Shown: positions 42,605-55,497 of the stretch, in pieces
Layout of the letters: every line of letters starts with the position of its first letter
Numbering within the stretch: position 1 is the first letter of the stretch
Assembly (NCBI RefSeq): GCF_009914755.1
Contig: NC_060927.1
DNA from: the human T2T-CHM13v2.0 reference genome, Homo sapiens
DNA length: 64,000 nucleotides
Direction: 5' to 3' (one strand)
The notes under the pieces: generated by a model
What the model saw: the letters and a program-made list of their open reading frames with translations, nothing else
Databases searched by the model: none
Told to the model about the DNA's origin: nothing
Translations under genes and position numbers: made by a program

Positions 42605-43347
42605 ACTTTTTATTAAAATGTACATATAAAAATGCATGCAAATAGTAAACTACATGTAGAGCTAAAGAAATTTTTGCAAAAAGAATCCGTCTTTCTTGCT
42701 TGCTTGCTTTCTTGATTTTTGTCATTATTTATTTATTTATTTCAACTTTTATTTTAAGTTTTGGGTACAATGAATCCATATTTAAAACTAATAATGTAAT
42801 CAAGAAAAATGTTACCAACACTCAGAAAGCACCTCTATGTCTCTCCAGTTACTACCTCCATGAAGGCTGTCAATCATGGCTTCTATCACAATTAGCTGGT
42901 CTTGCCTGTTTTTTTATCTTTATATACTTGGCATCATATTGTATGTTTGCTTTTGTATGTGACCTCTTTTATGGTAAAATTTACACTTTAGGTGTGCAGT
43001 TCTGCAAGTTTTGAGAAACTCATACAGCTGTGTAACTGTCACCAAATTAAAGATATAAAACTGTTCCATTATCTGAAAAGGTTTTTCTGTGGCCCTTTGT
43101 AGTAAAACACTTACCACACTCCATTCTCCTGATAACCATGGTCTAACTTCTGCCTCTATAGTCTTGCTATTATATAATGTTTTCAAAAAGAAATCATAAA
43201 GTTTTTGGCATTTGAATTTGGCTTCCTACACTTAGTGCAAGCCATTTGAATTTCATCCAGGATTTTACAGGTATCAGTAGCTCATTTCATTTATGGGTGT
43301 ATAATAGTTTATTTTTTAAAATTTTAAATAGTTGCTTTATTAGAGCA

Positions 43348-43384
<37 letters not shown>

Positions 43385-44600
43385 CTTTAAGTTCTGGGAT
43401 ACATGTGCAGAAAGTGCAGGTTTGTTACGTTGGTATAAATGTGCCATGGTGGTTTGCTGCACCCATCAACTCATCATCTACATTAGGTATTTCTCCTAAT
43501 GCTATTGCTCCCCTTCCCCGCAACATCCCGACAGGCCCCGGTATGTGATGTTCCCCTCCCTGTGCCCATGTGTTCTCATTGTTCAGCTCCCACTTATGAG
43601 TGAGACCATATGGTGTTTGGTTTTCTGTTCCTGTGTTAGCTTGCTGAGAATGATGGTTTCCAGCTTCATCCATGTCCCTGAAAAGGACATGAGCTCATTC
43701 TTTTTTATTGACAAATGGGATTTAATTAAACTAAAGAGCTTCTGCACAGCAAAAGAAACTGTCATCAGAGTGAACAGGCAACCTACAGAATGGGAGAAAA
43801 ATTTTGCAATCTATCCATCTGACAAAGGGCTAATATCCAGAAAATACAAGGAGCTTAAACAAATTTATAAGAAAAAATTATCAAAAACTGGGCAAATGAT
43901 ATGAACAGTCACTTTTCAAAAGAAGACATTTATGGAGCCAGCCAGCATATGAAAAAAAGCTCATCATCACTGATCATTAGAGAAATACAAATCGAAACCA
44001 CAATGAGATACCATCTCACGCCAGTTAGAATGACAATCATTATAACATCAGGAAACAACAGATGCTGGAGTGGATGCGCAGAAATAGGAACACTTGTACA
44101 CTGTTGGTGGGAGTGTTAATTAGTTCAACCATTGTGGAAGACAGTGTGGCGATTCCTCAAGGATCTAGAACCAGAAATACCATTTGACCCACCAATCCCA
44201 TTACTGCGTATATACCCAAAGGATTGTAAATCATTCTACTATAAAGACACATGCACACATATGTTTATTGCAGCAGTATTTACAATAGCAAAGACTTGGA
44301 ACCAACCCAAATGTCCATCAATGTTAGACTGGATAAAGAAAATGTGGCACATAATGGCTTATTTATGGATCACCTAGTTGAGAGACATTTGGGTGGTTTT
44401 TAGGTTTTGGCAATTAGGAATAAAGCCACTAAAATATTTTACACATAAATTTTTTCCTGTGAACACATGCTTTTGTTTAAGTTGGATAAATACATGGAAA
44501 TGAGATAGCTAGGTCAGATAGCAAGTGAACACTTAATTTTTAAGATTTGCAAACTCCTATCCAAAGTGGCTGTGCTATTATTTCCTTCCCCTAAACACAT
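42605..44600 (-). mobile_element. Old L1ME-type 3' fragments, host to the L1PA at 43315-44353
   Basis: gtgtgcagttctgcaagttttgagaaactcatacagctgtgtaac...; continues after 44351 with gacatttgggtggttttt...ggaataaagccact. Confidence 0.7.
43315..44353 (-). mobile_element. L1PA7-like insertion with a twin-priming inversion (minus 43348-43706, plus 43707-44353)
   Basis: A (TAT)n tail and antisense 3' UTR switch at ttttttattgacaaatggg to sense ORF2 end. TSD ataat(a/g)g(t/c)ttattt at 43301-43314 and 44351-44364. Confidence 0.9.
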
Positions 44601-44602
44601 CC

Positions 44603-44761
44603 TTTTTTTTTTTTTTTTTTTTTTTTTTGAGACAGAGTTCACTGCAACCTCCACCTCCTGGGTTCAAGCGATTCTCCAGCCTCAGCCTGCTGAGTAGCTG
44701 GGATTGCAGGCACCTGACACCATGCCCGGCTAATTTTTGTATTTTTAGTAGAGACTGGGTT
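44603..44761 (-). mobile_element. Truncated AluS with an internal deletion
   Basis: gagacagagt is joined to tcactgcaacc. Exact TSD ctaaacacat (44591-44600, 44762-44771). Confidence 0.9.
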
Positions 44762-44771
44762 CTAAACACAT

Positions 44772-46062
44772 TTTAAAATTTATTTACTTTGTAATTTTAA
44801 TGGATATGTAATATTTGGATATATTTATGGAGTTCTTGAGATATTTTGATACAGGTATGCAATGTGAAATAACCACATCCAGGATAAATGGTGTATTCAG
44901 CACCTGGAGCATTTATCCTTTGTGTTATAAACAATCAAATTATACTCTATTAGTTATTTTCAAATGTATAATAAATTATTATTGACAGTCATTCTGTTGT
45001 GCTATCAAATAGTAGATATTATCTTTTTTTTTCTAACTATTTATTTTTACTCGTTAACTATCCCCACTTCCCCTCGACCAGCCGCCTACCACCCTTCCCA
45101 GTCTTGGTAACCATGGTTCCTCTCTCGACTTCCAGAAGTTCAATCGTTTTAATTTTCAGCTCCCCAAATAAGTGAAAATATGTGAAGTTTGTCCTTCTGT
45201 GCCTGGTGTATTTCACTTAATATAATGTTATTCAGTTCCATCCATGTTGTTTCAAATGACAGGATCTCATTCTTTTTTACGGCTAAGTAATACTCCATTA
45301 TGTATATGTACCACGTGTTCTGTATTTATTCGTCTGTTGTTGGACATATGGCTTGCTTCAAATCTTGGTTACTGTGAATAGTGCTGCAATAAACATGGGA
45401 ATGCAGATATGTCTTTGATTTGTTTTCTTTTGGGTATATATACCTAGCAGTAAGATTGTTGAATTGTGTGAGAGTTCTATTTTTACTTTTTTGAAGAAAC
45501 TCTATATTGTTCTCTATACTGGCTGTACTAATTTACATTTACATGAATAGTGTAAGAAGTTTCCCCTTTTTTCACAACCTCACCAACATTTGTTATTGTC
45601 TGTCTTACTGGGATGAGATATCTCATTGCAGTTTGGATTTGCATTGCTTTGATGATCAGTGATGCTGAGTACATTTTCGTATGCCTGTTTGCCATTTGTA
45701 CACCTTCTGAGAAATGTCCATTCAGGACTTTTGCTCATTTTCATCAGATTACTAGATTTTTTCCTATTGTTTGAGATTCTTATACAACCTTGTTATTAAT
45801 CCCTTGTCAAATGGATAGTTTGCAAATATTTTGTCCCATTCTATGAATTATCTCTTTGTTGATTGTTTGCTGTGCAGAATCTTTCTAACTTGACATGGTC
45901 CCATTTGTCTATTTTTTATTTTGATTGCCTGTGATTGTGGGATATTGCTCAAGAAATCTATGCCCAAAGTCCTAGGGAATTTCCCCAATTTTTTCTTTTA
46001 GTAGTTTTATTATTTCAGGTCTTAGATTTATGTCTGTAATTCAGTTTGATTCAATTTTTTAT
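44772..46062 (-). mobile_element. L1MA2/3-like 3' region
   Basis: gagatattttgatacaggtatgcaatgtgaaataaccacatc...gagcatttatcctttgtgtta. Confidence 0.85.
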
Positions 46063-46410
46063 GAATGAGATTATGTCTTTTGCAGGAACATGGATGGAGC
46101 TAGAGGCTATTATACTTAGCAAACTAATGCAGGAACAGAAAATCAAACACCACGTGTTCTCACTTATAAGTGGGAGCTAAATGATGAGAACTCATTAATA
46201 CAAATAAGGGAATGACAGACACTGAGCCCATCTTGAGGGTGGAGGGTGGAAGGAGGCAGGAGATGAGAGAATGAGAAAAAATAACTATTGGGTACTAAGT
46301 TTAATATCTGGATGATGAAATAATCTATTCAACAAACCCCCATGACATGAGCTTACCTATATAACAAACCTGCACATGTACCATTGAACCTAAAATAAAA
46401 GTTAAAAAAA
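46063..46410 (+). mobile_element. L1PA15/16-like 3' end
   Basis: ttgcaggaacatggatggagctagaggc...caaacccccatgacatgag...gaacctaaaataaaagttaaaaaaa. Confidence 0.85.
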
Positions 46411-46773
46411 GAAAATACTTTGAGATGAATGAGAATAAAGGCAAAATATAAAATTATGCTTATGGGAGTCTGTTACAACTATGATTAGAAGGGAATTGAT
46501 ACCTGTAAATATCTATATTATTTTTAAGAAAAGAATAAATACTTTGAATAAATTATCTAACATTCCATCTTATTATGTTGAAAAAGGAGAGAAAAACTAA
46601 CCTCAAAGCATACCAAAATAAAGAGATAATGAAGAGTGGAATGTAAGTGGAATAAAGAGTAAAAAATGGAGAAAAATGTTTTGAAAAAATTAAAAAGCTG
46701 CTTCTTTTAAACTTCAAAAAGTTAACGAATCTATAGCTAGATTGACCAAGAAAGAAATAGAGAAGACTCAAAT

Positions 46774-47467
46774 TGGTATCAGTGGAAGATATATGAGTTA
46801 TTTCAAGTTATTGGCGGCCTATCCTTTCAAATCCATAACTTCAGTCTTGCCTCCACAGAATAAATAATTCAAGTGAGGGGCATAAAGCAGAAAGAGACTG
46901 AGGAAAGTTCCAGAGCAGGAATAGAAGTTTATTGTAAAAGGCCTTAGAACAGAAAAGAAAGAAAGGCGTGCTTGGAAGAGACCCAAGTTGGCACGTGAAT
47001 GTTAAAGAGAGAAGGTCAAGTGCCCTGTTTAACTATAATCCTAGGACTTTTAAGAGCTCGCCTCTTTCCCATGATTCTTTCCTTAGGATGGGCTTTCCGC
47101 ATGCTTTGGAATTGAGAAAAGCCTTCCTTACCCTTTGGAATTGAGCATGTGCATCATGTTTAGGGAGTTACATAAATCCCCATCTGAGGCTTTCTTCCCT
47201 TTTCTGGTGGAGTGTGCCACCAGAAGATCATACTTTACTATTTTTGTCTCTTAACATGTGTGCCCAGGAAGTTGCTTCTTCCTGAGGTCTGCATTCAATT
47301 AACATTTTGATGTTAACAGGTGTGGACCATCAGGAAATTGTCTCTCCCTGGCACTGCCAAATTATTTTTAGAGAGGTAATTTGATAATTGCCGAACCATC
47401 ATCTGACATTCTAGTGGGTTGGGAGGGAGCTCTTTCCTGCCCTGCTCATGCCTAGCTACCTGTAACA
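46774..47467 (-). mobile_element. MER50-family (MER50B-like) ERV1 solo LTR
   Basis: Minus strand starts tgttacaggtagctaggcatgagcagggcagg. 4-bp TSD aaat (46770-46773, 47468-47471). Confidence 0.8.
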
Positions 47468-47667
47468 AAATTACTAAACTCAAGAAGGAAAAAGGGGGCA
47501 TAACTACTGACATTATAGCAAGAAAATAATTAAAAGGAAATACTAAGAACAACTATTTCTCCACTATTTGCCAACCTCTCGATAACCTAGATGAAATGGA
47601 TAATTTTCTAGAAAGACAAAAGTGACAAAAGCTGACACAAAAAGAAAAAGAAAATCAGAGTAGACCT

Positions 47668-48042
47668 CGTATTAGTACATTCTCATGCTGCTATTACAGA
47701 CATAACCGAGACTGGGTAATTTATAAAGGAAAGAAACTTAATTGGGTCGCAGTTCAGCATGGCTGGGGAGGCCTCAGGAAACTTACAGTCATGGTGAAAG
47801 GGGATGCAAACACATCCTTCTTCACATGGTGGCAGAAAGAAGTGTCGAGCAAAAGGGGGACAAGCCCCTTATAAAACCATCAAATCTCATGAGAACTCAC
47901 TCACTATCATGTAGCAGCAACATGGAAGTAACTGCTCCCATGATTCAATTACCTCTCACTGGGTCCATCCCATGACACATCAGGATTGTGGGAACTACAA
48001 GTCAAGATGAGATTTGGGTGGGTACACAGCCAAACCACAACA
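47668..48042 (-). mobile_element. THE1D/MSTA-like solo LTR
   Basis: gactgggtaatttataaaggaaag...gagatttgggtgggtacacagccaaacc. 5-bp TSD gacct (47663-47667, 48043-48047). Confidence 0.9.
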
Positions 48043-48167
48043 GACCTATAAGCTGTAACAAGTAAGAAGTAAGATAGTAATAAAAATGTTGCCCTCAAAA
48101 AAAAGCTCAGGCCTAGATGGTTTCATTGGTGAGTTCTACCAAACATTTGAACAAATAATACCAAATC

Positions 48168-48553
48168 TGCTATCATTTGTGTGTTTTTCCATTCCAAACT
48201 CATGTTGCAATTTAATTCCCGATATAGCAATATTGAAGTAGGACCTTTAAGAAGTGATTTGATCATGAAGGCAGAGCTCTCAGAATGGATTAACCTATTT
48301 ATCGAGTAATGGATTAGTGGGTTATCATGGGTGTGATACTTGTGGCTTGATAAGCAGAAGAGAGACAGGAGCCAGCATGCTTAGTCCTCTTCCCACGTGA
48401 TGCTCTGTGCTACCTCAAAACTTCAGAGTCCCCACCAGAAAGAAGACTATAACAATATGCCGCTCATTGATCTTGGAGTTGTCTGCCTCCACGAATGGAA
48501 GTAGTAAATTTATTTTCCTTATAAATTACATAGTTTTAGATATTCTGTTATAA
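48168..48553 (+). mobile_element. MSTC-like LTR with the 3' tip deleted
   Basis: tgctatcatttgtgtg...ccaaactcatgttgcaatttaattccc...ataaattacatagttttagatattctgttata. Confidence 0.78.
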
Positions 48554-49520
48554 ACCATGACTAATTTGGGTTTCTCCCAGGAATACGATTGTTTAGCCTC
48601 TGATAAACAACCAATGTAGTACACCATATTAATAGACTAAAGAACAGAAACCATATGATAATCTGAGCAGATACAGAAAATTCACTTGACAAAAATATCT
48701 TAAACTTTTATGGAAAAATACTCAATAAATTAGGAAAAGAAGGGAAATTTGTCAACCTGATAAAGGACACCTACAAAACAAAACAAATGCTAATAGTTAT
48801 CATACTTAATAATGAAAGTCTGAATATTTTTCCCTTCACAGGAGGAATAAGACAATGATATATATTCTTACCACTTCTATCAATATTGAAATGAAGTAAA
48901 AGTATCTCTATTTGCCGAAGTCATAATCTTTTTTTGTAGAAAACTCTATTACTTCCAAGAAAACTGTTGTAACTAATAATATATAAAAATCAATTGTATT
49001 CATATACACTAGCAGTACATAATCTGAAAATGAAATTAAAAGACTATTTTACAGCAGAATTAAAGTGAATAAAATATCTTAGACTAAAATTAACAAAAAT
49101 AAATTGAAGATTTATATACTGAAAACTACGAAACACTGTTGAAAGAAGTTTAACACTTTTAAATAAGTTGAAATCCATCTTATGTTTATGGACGGGAATG
49201 CCTAATATTGTTAAGATGGCAGTACTCCCCCTACTGAGCTAAAGATCAACACATACTCTGTCAAATCCCACCTACTATTTTTATAGAATTTTACAAGTTG
49301 ATTCTCAAATTCATAAAAAAATCAAGAGACACAGAATAGGCAAAACTATTTTGAAAAAGAACAGAATTGGAGGACTTGTACTTGCTGATTTCAAAACTTA
49401 ACCACAATGCCAGAGTAATCAAAATAATGTGGTACTAGCATAAAGGTGGACATACTGTTCAGTTGAATAGAATTGAGAGTTTTTAAATAAACCCATTAAT
49501 TTATGGTCAATTGATATTTA

Positions 49521-51548
49521 AAATTGTGTTTATAATTCACACCATAATAATTGTACATGTTTATGGAGTACAGAGAGATATTTCAATACATATATACATT
49601 GTATAGTGATCCAATCAGGATAGTTAGCATGTTCATCACCTCAAACTTTTATTTCTTTGTAGTGGTAACTTTCAAGATCTTCTTTTCTAGCAACCTTGAA
49701 ACATGCAGTTGATTATTATTGGCTATATTCACTCTACTACCTGATAGCACACTAGAACTTATTCTTCCTATCTAACTGTAAGTTTGTACCTGTTGTCCTA
49801 TCTCCCTTCATACCCCCTTCATTTCTCCCATTCCTAGCCTCTGATACCCACTATGGTACTCTTCATTTTTATGAGATAAGCTTTTTGTTTGTTTGTTTTA
49901 TCTTAATAAGTGAGATTATCGAGTATTTGTCTTTCTCTGCCTGATTTATTTTACTTAACATTGTGTCCTCCAGGTTCATTCATGTTTTCACAAATGACAG
50001 GATTTCATTCTTTTTCATAGCTGAATCATATTCAGTTGCATATATATACCATCTTTTCTTATCCATTCACCCATTATGGCCATATAGGTTGATTCATTCT
50101 CTTGGCTATTTTGAATAGTGATGCCATAAACAAAGGGGTACAGATATCTTTTCGACACACTGATTTCAATTTTTTTGGACAACCAGTAATGAAATTGCCA
50201 AATCATTTTGTAGTTCTACTTTTAGTCTTTTAAGGACCTTCCATACTGTTTTCCATAATTGCTATACTAATTTATATTCCCACCAACAATGTAAAATGTC
50301 CCTTTATTATGTATCCTTGCCAGGATTTGTTATTTTTTGTCTTTTTTATAACAGACATTCTAACTCAGGTGAGATAATATCTCCTTGTGGTTTTCATTTG
50401 CATTTTCCTGATGATTAGTAATGTTGGACATTTTGTGATATATCTGCTGGCTATTTGTATGTATTCTTTTAAGAAATGTGTATTCAGGCCTTTTGCTCAT
50501 TTGTAAATTGGATTATTTGTTGTTTTGGTATTGAGTTGTTGGAATTCCTTGTATATTTTGGATGTGGACCTCTTGTCAGGTGCATAGTTTGCAAATATTT
50601 TCCCTCATTTTGGGGAATATCTTTTCACTTTACTGATTGCTTTCTCTGCTATAAAGATAATTTTTAGTTTGATACCATTATATTTGTCTCTTTTTGCTCC
50701 CATTGGCTGTGCTTTGAAGGTTCTATCCAAAATTTCTCACTCAGACCAATGTCATAAAGTATTTTTCCTATGTTTCCTTCAAGTAGTTTCATAGTTCAAC
50801 TCTTTAAGTCTTTAATTATTTTGAGTTCATTTTTATATATGCTGAGAGATATGAATCTGGTTTTATTCTTCTGCCTGTGGATAGCCAGTGTTCCCACCAC
50901 TATTTACTGAAGAGACTGTCTTTTCCTCAATGTGTGTTCTTGGCGCCTTTGCCAAAGATCAGTTGGCTCTAAATGCACGAATTTATTTCCAGACTCTATT
51001 CTGGTCCATTGGTCTGTGTGTATTTTTTTTTTTTTAATGTCAGTACCATGCTCTTTTGGTTACTATAGCATTGTAGTATATTTTGAAGTCAGGTAGTGTA
51101 ATGCCTCTAGCTTTATTCTTTTTACACAAGATTGCTTTGGTTATTCTGGGTCAATTGTGGTTCAATACAAATTTTAGGAATGCTTTATCTATTTCTGTGA
51201 AGAAAGTTACTAGTATTTTGATAGAGATTGCATCAAATATGTAGATCACTTTGGGTAGTATGAATATTTTAACTTATTTTTGTATTCAATTTATAAGCAT
51301 GGGATATCTTTCCACTTATTTGTGTTTCCTCAATTTTTTTCATCAATGTTTTCTAGTGTTCCTTATACATATTTTACCCCTGCTTGAGTAAACTTATTCC
51401 CAGAGATTTTTTGTTGGTGGTGGTGGTGTGATTTTTATGTGTGTGTGTGACTATTGTAAATGGGATTGTTTTCCTTTTTCAGATAGTTCATTATTGGCAT
51501 ATAGATATTCTACTAAATTTTGCATGTTGATTTTGTATCCTGCACCTT
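49521..51548 (-). mobile_element. L1MA (6-8-like) 3' 2 kb
   Basis: Antisense 3' UTR and ORF2 end (tgaagtcaggtagtgtaatgcctctagc, gttgattttgtatcctgca). Confidence 0.85.
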
Positions 51549-51775
51549 AGTGCTCTTATAAAAAGAGACATGAGAGAGTTTTCTTCCTCTCTCTCTGCCA
51601 TATGAGGATACAAAAAGATAATTGTCTGTAAGCCATAAAGACTGCCACCATCAGCAGTGGATCTGCTAATGTCTTGATATCAGGCATCCCAGCTTTCAGA
51701 ACTGTAATAAATAAATGTTTGTTGTTTAAGCCACCCAGTCCATGATAAATTGTTATAGCAGTGCAAGCTAAGACA
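51549..51775 (+). mobile_element. MLT1A/MLT1A0 LTR 3' half
   Basis: cagaactgtaataaataaatgtttgttgtttaagccacccagtc...gctaagaca. Confidence 0.82.
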
Positions 51776-51807
51776 ATTTCCATTAGGAAAATAAAGACAA
51801 AATGCAC

Positions 51808-52277
51808 ATTTTATACACTTACATTTTTTATTCTCTTTTTCTAATTAAATGCACATACTAAGAAGTAATTAAATCTTCAAATAATTGTTGTTACATATCT
51901 TAAATCTGCTAAACATTGAGAAAAATATAGTATATATAATTACATAAAAATTTTATTTAATTTAAAAATCACGTTTAAATTATATCTTAGCTATTTACAT
52001 ACATGTTTAGTAACTAGTTTACAATTGTAGCTGATACTTAACAAGGATAAATAGGGCTATTCAAATTTTGTTAAATATGCCTTAAAATTGAATCCAAGTC
52101 ACATTACTATAATAAAATTAGCATTATCATTGATGTACGCTACAAAATAACTTTTCGATGTTATGAAAGCTATATTTTGTAGAGTACAAGAACCAAGTGA
52201 AGAGGGAAAATTGTAAGTGCTGTGAAACTTAAATCCTGGTGTTTTTTCCCATTGACAACTAAAATTGATGGTGATCT
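51808..52277 (-). other. SI: SI 3' UTR (AU-rich, about 470 nt)
   Basis: Lies between the TGA and the AATAAA at 51827-51832. The exact cleavage site is inferred, not seen. Confidence 0.8.
51827..51832 (-). terminator. SI: SI polyadenylation signal AATAAA (a second, proximal AATAAA at 51952-51957)
   Basis: tttatt on the + strand, followed on the minus strand by a U/GU-rich tract (gtgcattttgtctttattttcc). Confidence 0.75.
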
Positions 52278-52346
52278 TCATGACCAGTTGATTTCTATTG
52301 GTTCTTCTAGAGTAACATTGTGTGTGGTCAGATCAATACGTAATAT
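52278..52346 (-). CDS. SI: Sucrase-isomaltase last coding exon (probably exon 48): ILRIDLTTHNVTLEEPIEINWS-stop
   Basis: Minus strand reads ttttacttttttag|ATATTACGT...TGGTCATGA. 22 codons plus TGA, matching the recalled SI C-terminus. Confidence 0.97.
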   Translation of the reverse strand: MLRIDLTTHNVTLEEPIEINWS

Positions 52347-53003
52347 CTAAAAAAGTAAAATAATAATTAGTTGTTTAATCACAACCACATTTTTCTTATT
52401 TTCATGAATGCTATTTCAAAAAAGTTTTCTAATAAATAGTATATACCTTTATTTTCTTTTATATCTTGAGAAATTTTTACTCTCAGAAAGTTTGCAACCA
52501 TTTCAGCAACAATTTCACCCAACCTATCCATTTTACCTAAGGTTAAAATAAATCTCAGAAAGGTGAAGTTGCTGTCAAAAGATACTGAAAAACCCAAAAC
52601 TCTCAGCCAATTTTATTGATTTCTATGACTTTACTCTTTTCACATAATTTTGAAATATGGAGTTATTTATAACTGCACCGCATGAATCTCAATGCATCCC
52701 TTTGTCAAGTATTATCCAGTCATTTTCAGCCAAAGTTTAGATTTAAAAGTGTTATTTTAACTCAATCAAAAAAGATTTTATGATGCTTCATTTATTGCCA
52801 ATGATTCAATTTTGCATGTGTTACTTTATTTCACTGGAGATAATCTAAAGTAGACTCTAGAGAGATTATTATCTCTATCATGGAGATTATTAAGTTGCTG
52901 TAGTCAAATGATCTTCTGTCATAGTTTTATGATATGACGATTTCAGGAGACTTTACCATTGCTCCTTTTTGTCCAATGAACTGATAAGATTTTCTGTGCT
53001 TTA

Positions 53004-53067
53004 GCTCAGAAAGTTTGGATTCAGTCATCAAATACGCAAGAGAAGGGGAGGTGAATCCTTTACTACC
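53004..53067 (+). repeat. 64-bp segment duplicated at 55553-55616 (60/64 identical)
   Basis: Direct comparison of gctcagaaagtttggattcagtca(t/c)caaata(c/t)gcaagagaaggggaggtgaatcc(t/a)ttact(a/g)cc. Confidence 0.97.
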
Positions 53068-55080
53068 TACCACATACCAGGTCTTTTCATAAGGGCTTTA
53101 TAAAATTTAATCTTCCTTAAAGCACAGCACATTTGGATTAATTTACCACATTTGATAAATTAATTTAAAAAGTAATAGTTAAATAATTGAGTATTCGTTA
53201 GACAGGTTTAAAACAGATCCATCTTGTAACAAAACTTAAACTATTTTTTTAACTTAAAGGTAGAAAGCAAAAATACACCACATAGCTTTTAATACTTTTT
53301 ACATAAATCAGCTGGACATAATTGTTACTAGAAAAATGCTTTTGAAATTATATTGCTAGAGCAATTAAATAATCTCTTGCATAAATTAAAGGACAAGCAG
53401 GGTGGAGAAAGAAATTGACCATCCTCTCTTCCTTTCCTATGTATCTATGAAGGCTTGGAAAACAGTGATTACTCATAAATACTGAGTTTATTTAAATGCA
53501 CTTAGAAGGAACTGCCCAGAGTTGTTGGTTAAAGTAAATGTATATTTCTTCATCACTGAGGTAATGAAACACTGTCAAATATTTGTTCTCAACACTTAAA
53601 ATTCTTTGTGAATGTTTTTAAAGAGAATAGAAAAAAATGATTTTTAATGGTTTGTTTTTATGCTACATATTTGATCAAAACGACCTTGAAATAACACCCC
53701 AAAATATTAAAATATCTTATTTGGCATTGTTTATTTGCTTTATTTTTACCATAAAAGTTGTGAGCTTAATTTTCGCCATTGTAATTTAGTAAATAAAAGG
53801 TAAGATATTATCTAAGCCAAACCGTCTTTTCTTTATCTGATTGAACATTGGACCGTGCAAAAAAGTGATTTCTAATTGTGATTGATAACTATTGAGTAGT
53901 TGTTTTGGGGAATTAATTTCCTTCTTTGGGGACTTAATTTCTTTGTCACCCACATAAGACTACTGGACTAGATCAGGTATTCTGGAATTTTATAAATCAG
54001 TCAAATTATAAAAATAAAAATATGAGTGTAAGGCACTAAGATATTAACTTTTATTTTACCGAGGAAGGACATTAAATATATCAAAGTTGGGAAATTTTAT
54101 TTTATATTTCCTATTCTTGATACAGTTTTAAGAAAAATAGCGAGTTGCAGTGCAAAAGCAGTAAGAAAAACATAGTTCCATATTAAAGGAAAACCCCACT
54201 TGTCAACAAAACAGCAGTAGCAGTAGGATGGGTGTTGAGTTTCAAAAAGATGGAACAGACTTTCAGGTGCTGTTTAACTCTGACATCCTCTGACACCTAC
54301 AAGGACCTAGGACTGTGTCCAAATGCATATATATATATTTTTTTAGGTTCAAGTTAGTCGAACATCTGACAATTTTAGAATTTAAGTTCATCTAAAGTGA
54401 CTGATTAAAGGCTCTTTGTTTTTATCCAAGTTTAAACGATTAAGGGTGGGTGCACACAAATTTACACAGTTTTAGTAGTGCATAAGTAGGCTTAAACTTA
54501 AAATGAACACCTAAAACAGTTAGCTGTTTTCTAGAACATGTGTTTGAAATTCACCTTTGCAAGCCATAGATTCACAGAATTTAGAACTGGAAGGAGCTTA
54601 AGAGATTGATCATTTACTTGCATTTTTTTCTATTCAATTGGATAGAATAATAGGCCTAAAATTTTTTGTTCAAAGTAAAGAGCTAAATACTGGCAGCAAT
54701 GATGCTTTAACGCAAGAATCCTGATTCCTTGTGTATTATCTGTATCATATGTATCACACTCCTGTATTAATGGGTGCTGACAGTTTTATTAAGTTTGCAA
54801 GAATTTTCAAATACATTTTCAAGACATAGTCAATGTTTAAATGCAGATATCTTATTTTTAAAAAAGTATTTTCTGAGGCACTTTATCATATAGGGATAAC
54901 AGTTATTTAAAGTTTTAAGTTAATTTTGCTGTGATTGTATCATAATAAGAATAAAATAGATGTCATTAGATTGATTTGTATGACAGTTTACTAAGGATAG
55001 TAATAAGGAAATAAATATGGAGGCCTAATGAAAAGGAATATATGAAGAATGTCATAATTGACTCATAATTATGTTTCTTA

Positions 55081-55326
<246 letters not shown>

Positions 55327-55497
55327 CTATAAATAAAGAAAAAGGAATAACATAAACACTTTATTTGCAAAAGCAATTAAAACTTTAAAAATATGTCGGT
55401 TAACCAAAAATGTATTTCGTAGTATAATAAATTGTTTATTTGTGCATTTGATATAAGGTATTTTACATAATAAACATGAATAAAACTTCAAATTTTC

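Larger units (their letters stand above)
46411..49520 (+). mobile_element. Old L1M ORF2 segment, interrupted by three LTRs
   Basis: Collinear ORF2 remnants (aaatactttgagatgaatg, ctagatgaaatgga, ggcctagatggtttcattggtgagttctaccaaacattt, aatattgttaagatggcagtactcccc). Confidence 0.85.

Noticed and set aside
43545-44377. ORFs resembling the L1 ORF2 C-terminus ([16 protein letters not shown]..., HCWWEC)
   Set aside because: These are fragments of a truncated, inverted, frameshifted L1PA, not a gene.
52837-52892. Repeated and inverted gagataat/agattat motifs
   Set aside because: Short and imperfect, and indistinguishable from local slippage.
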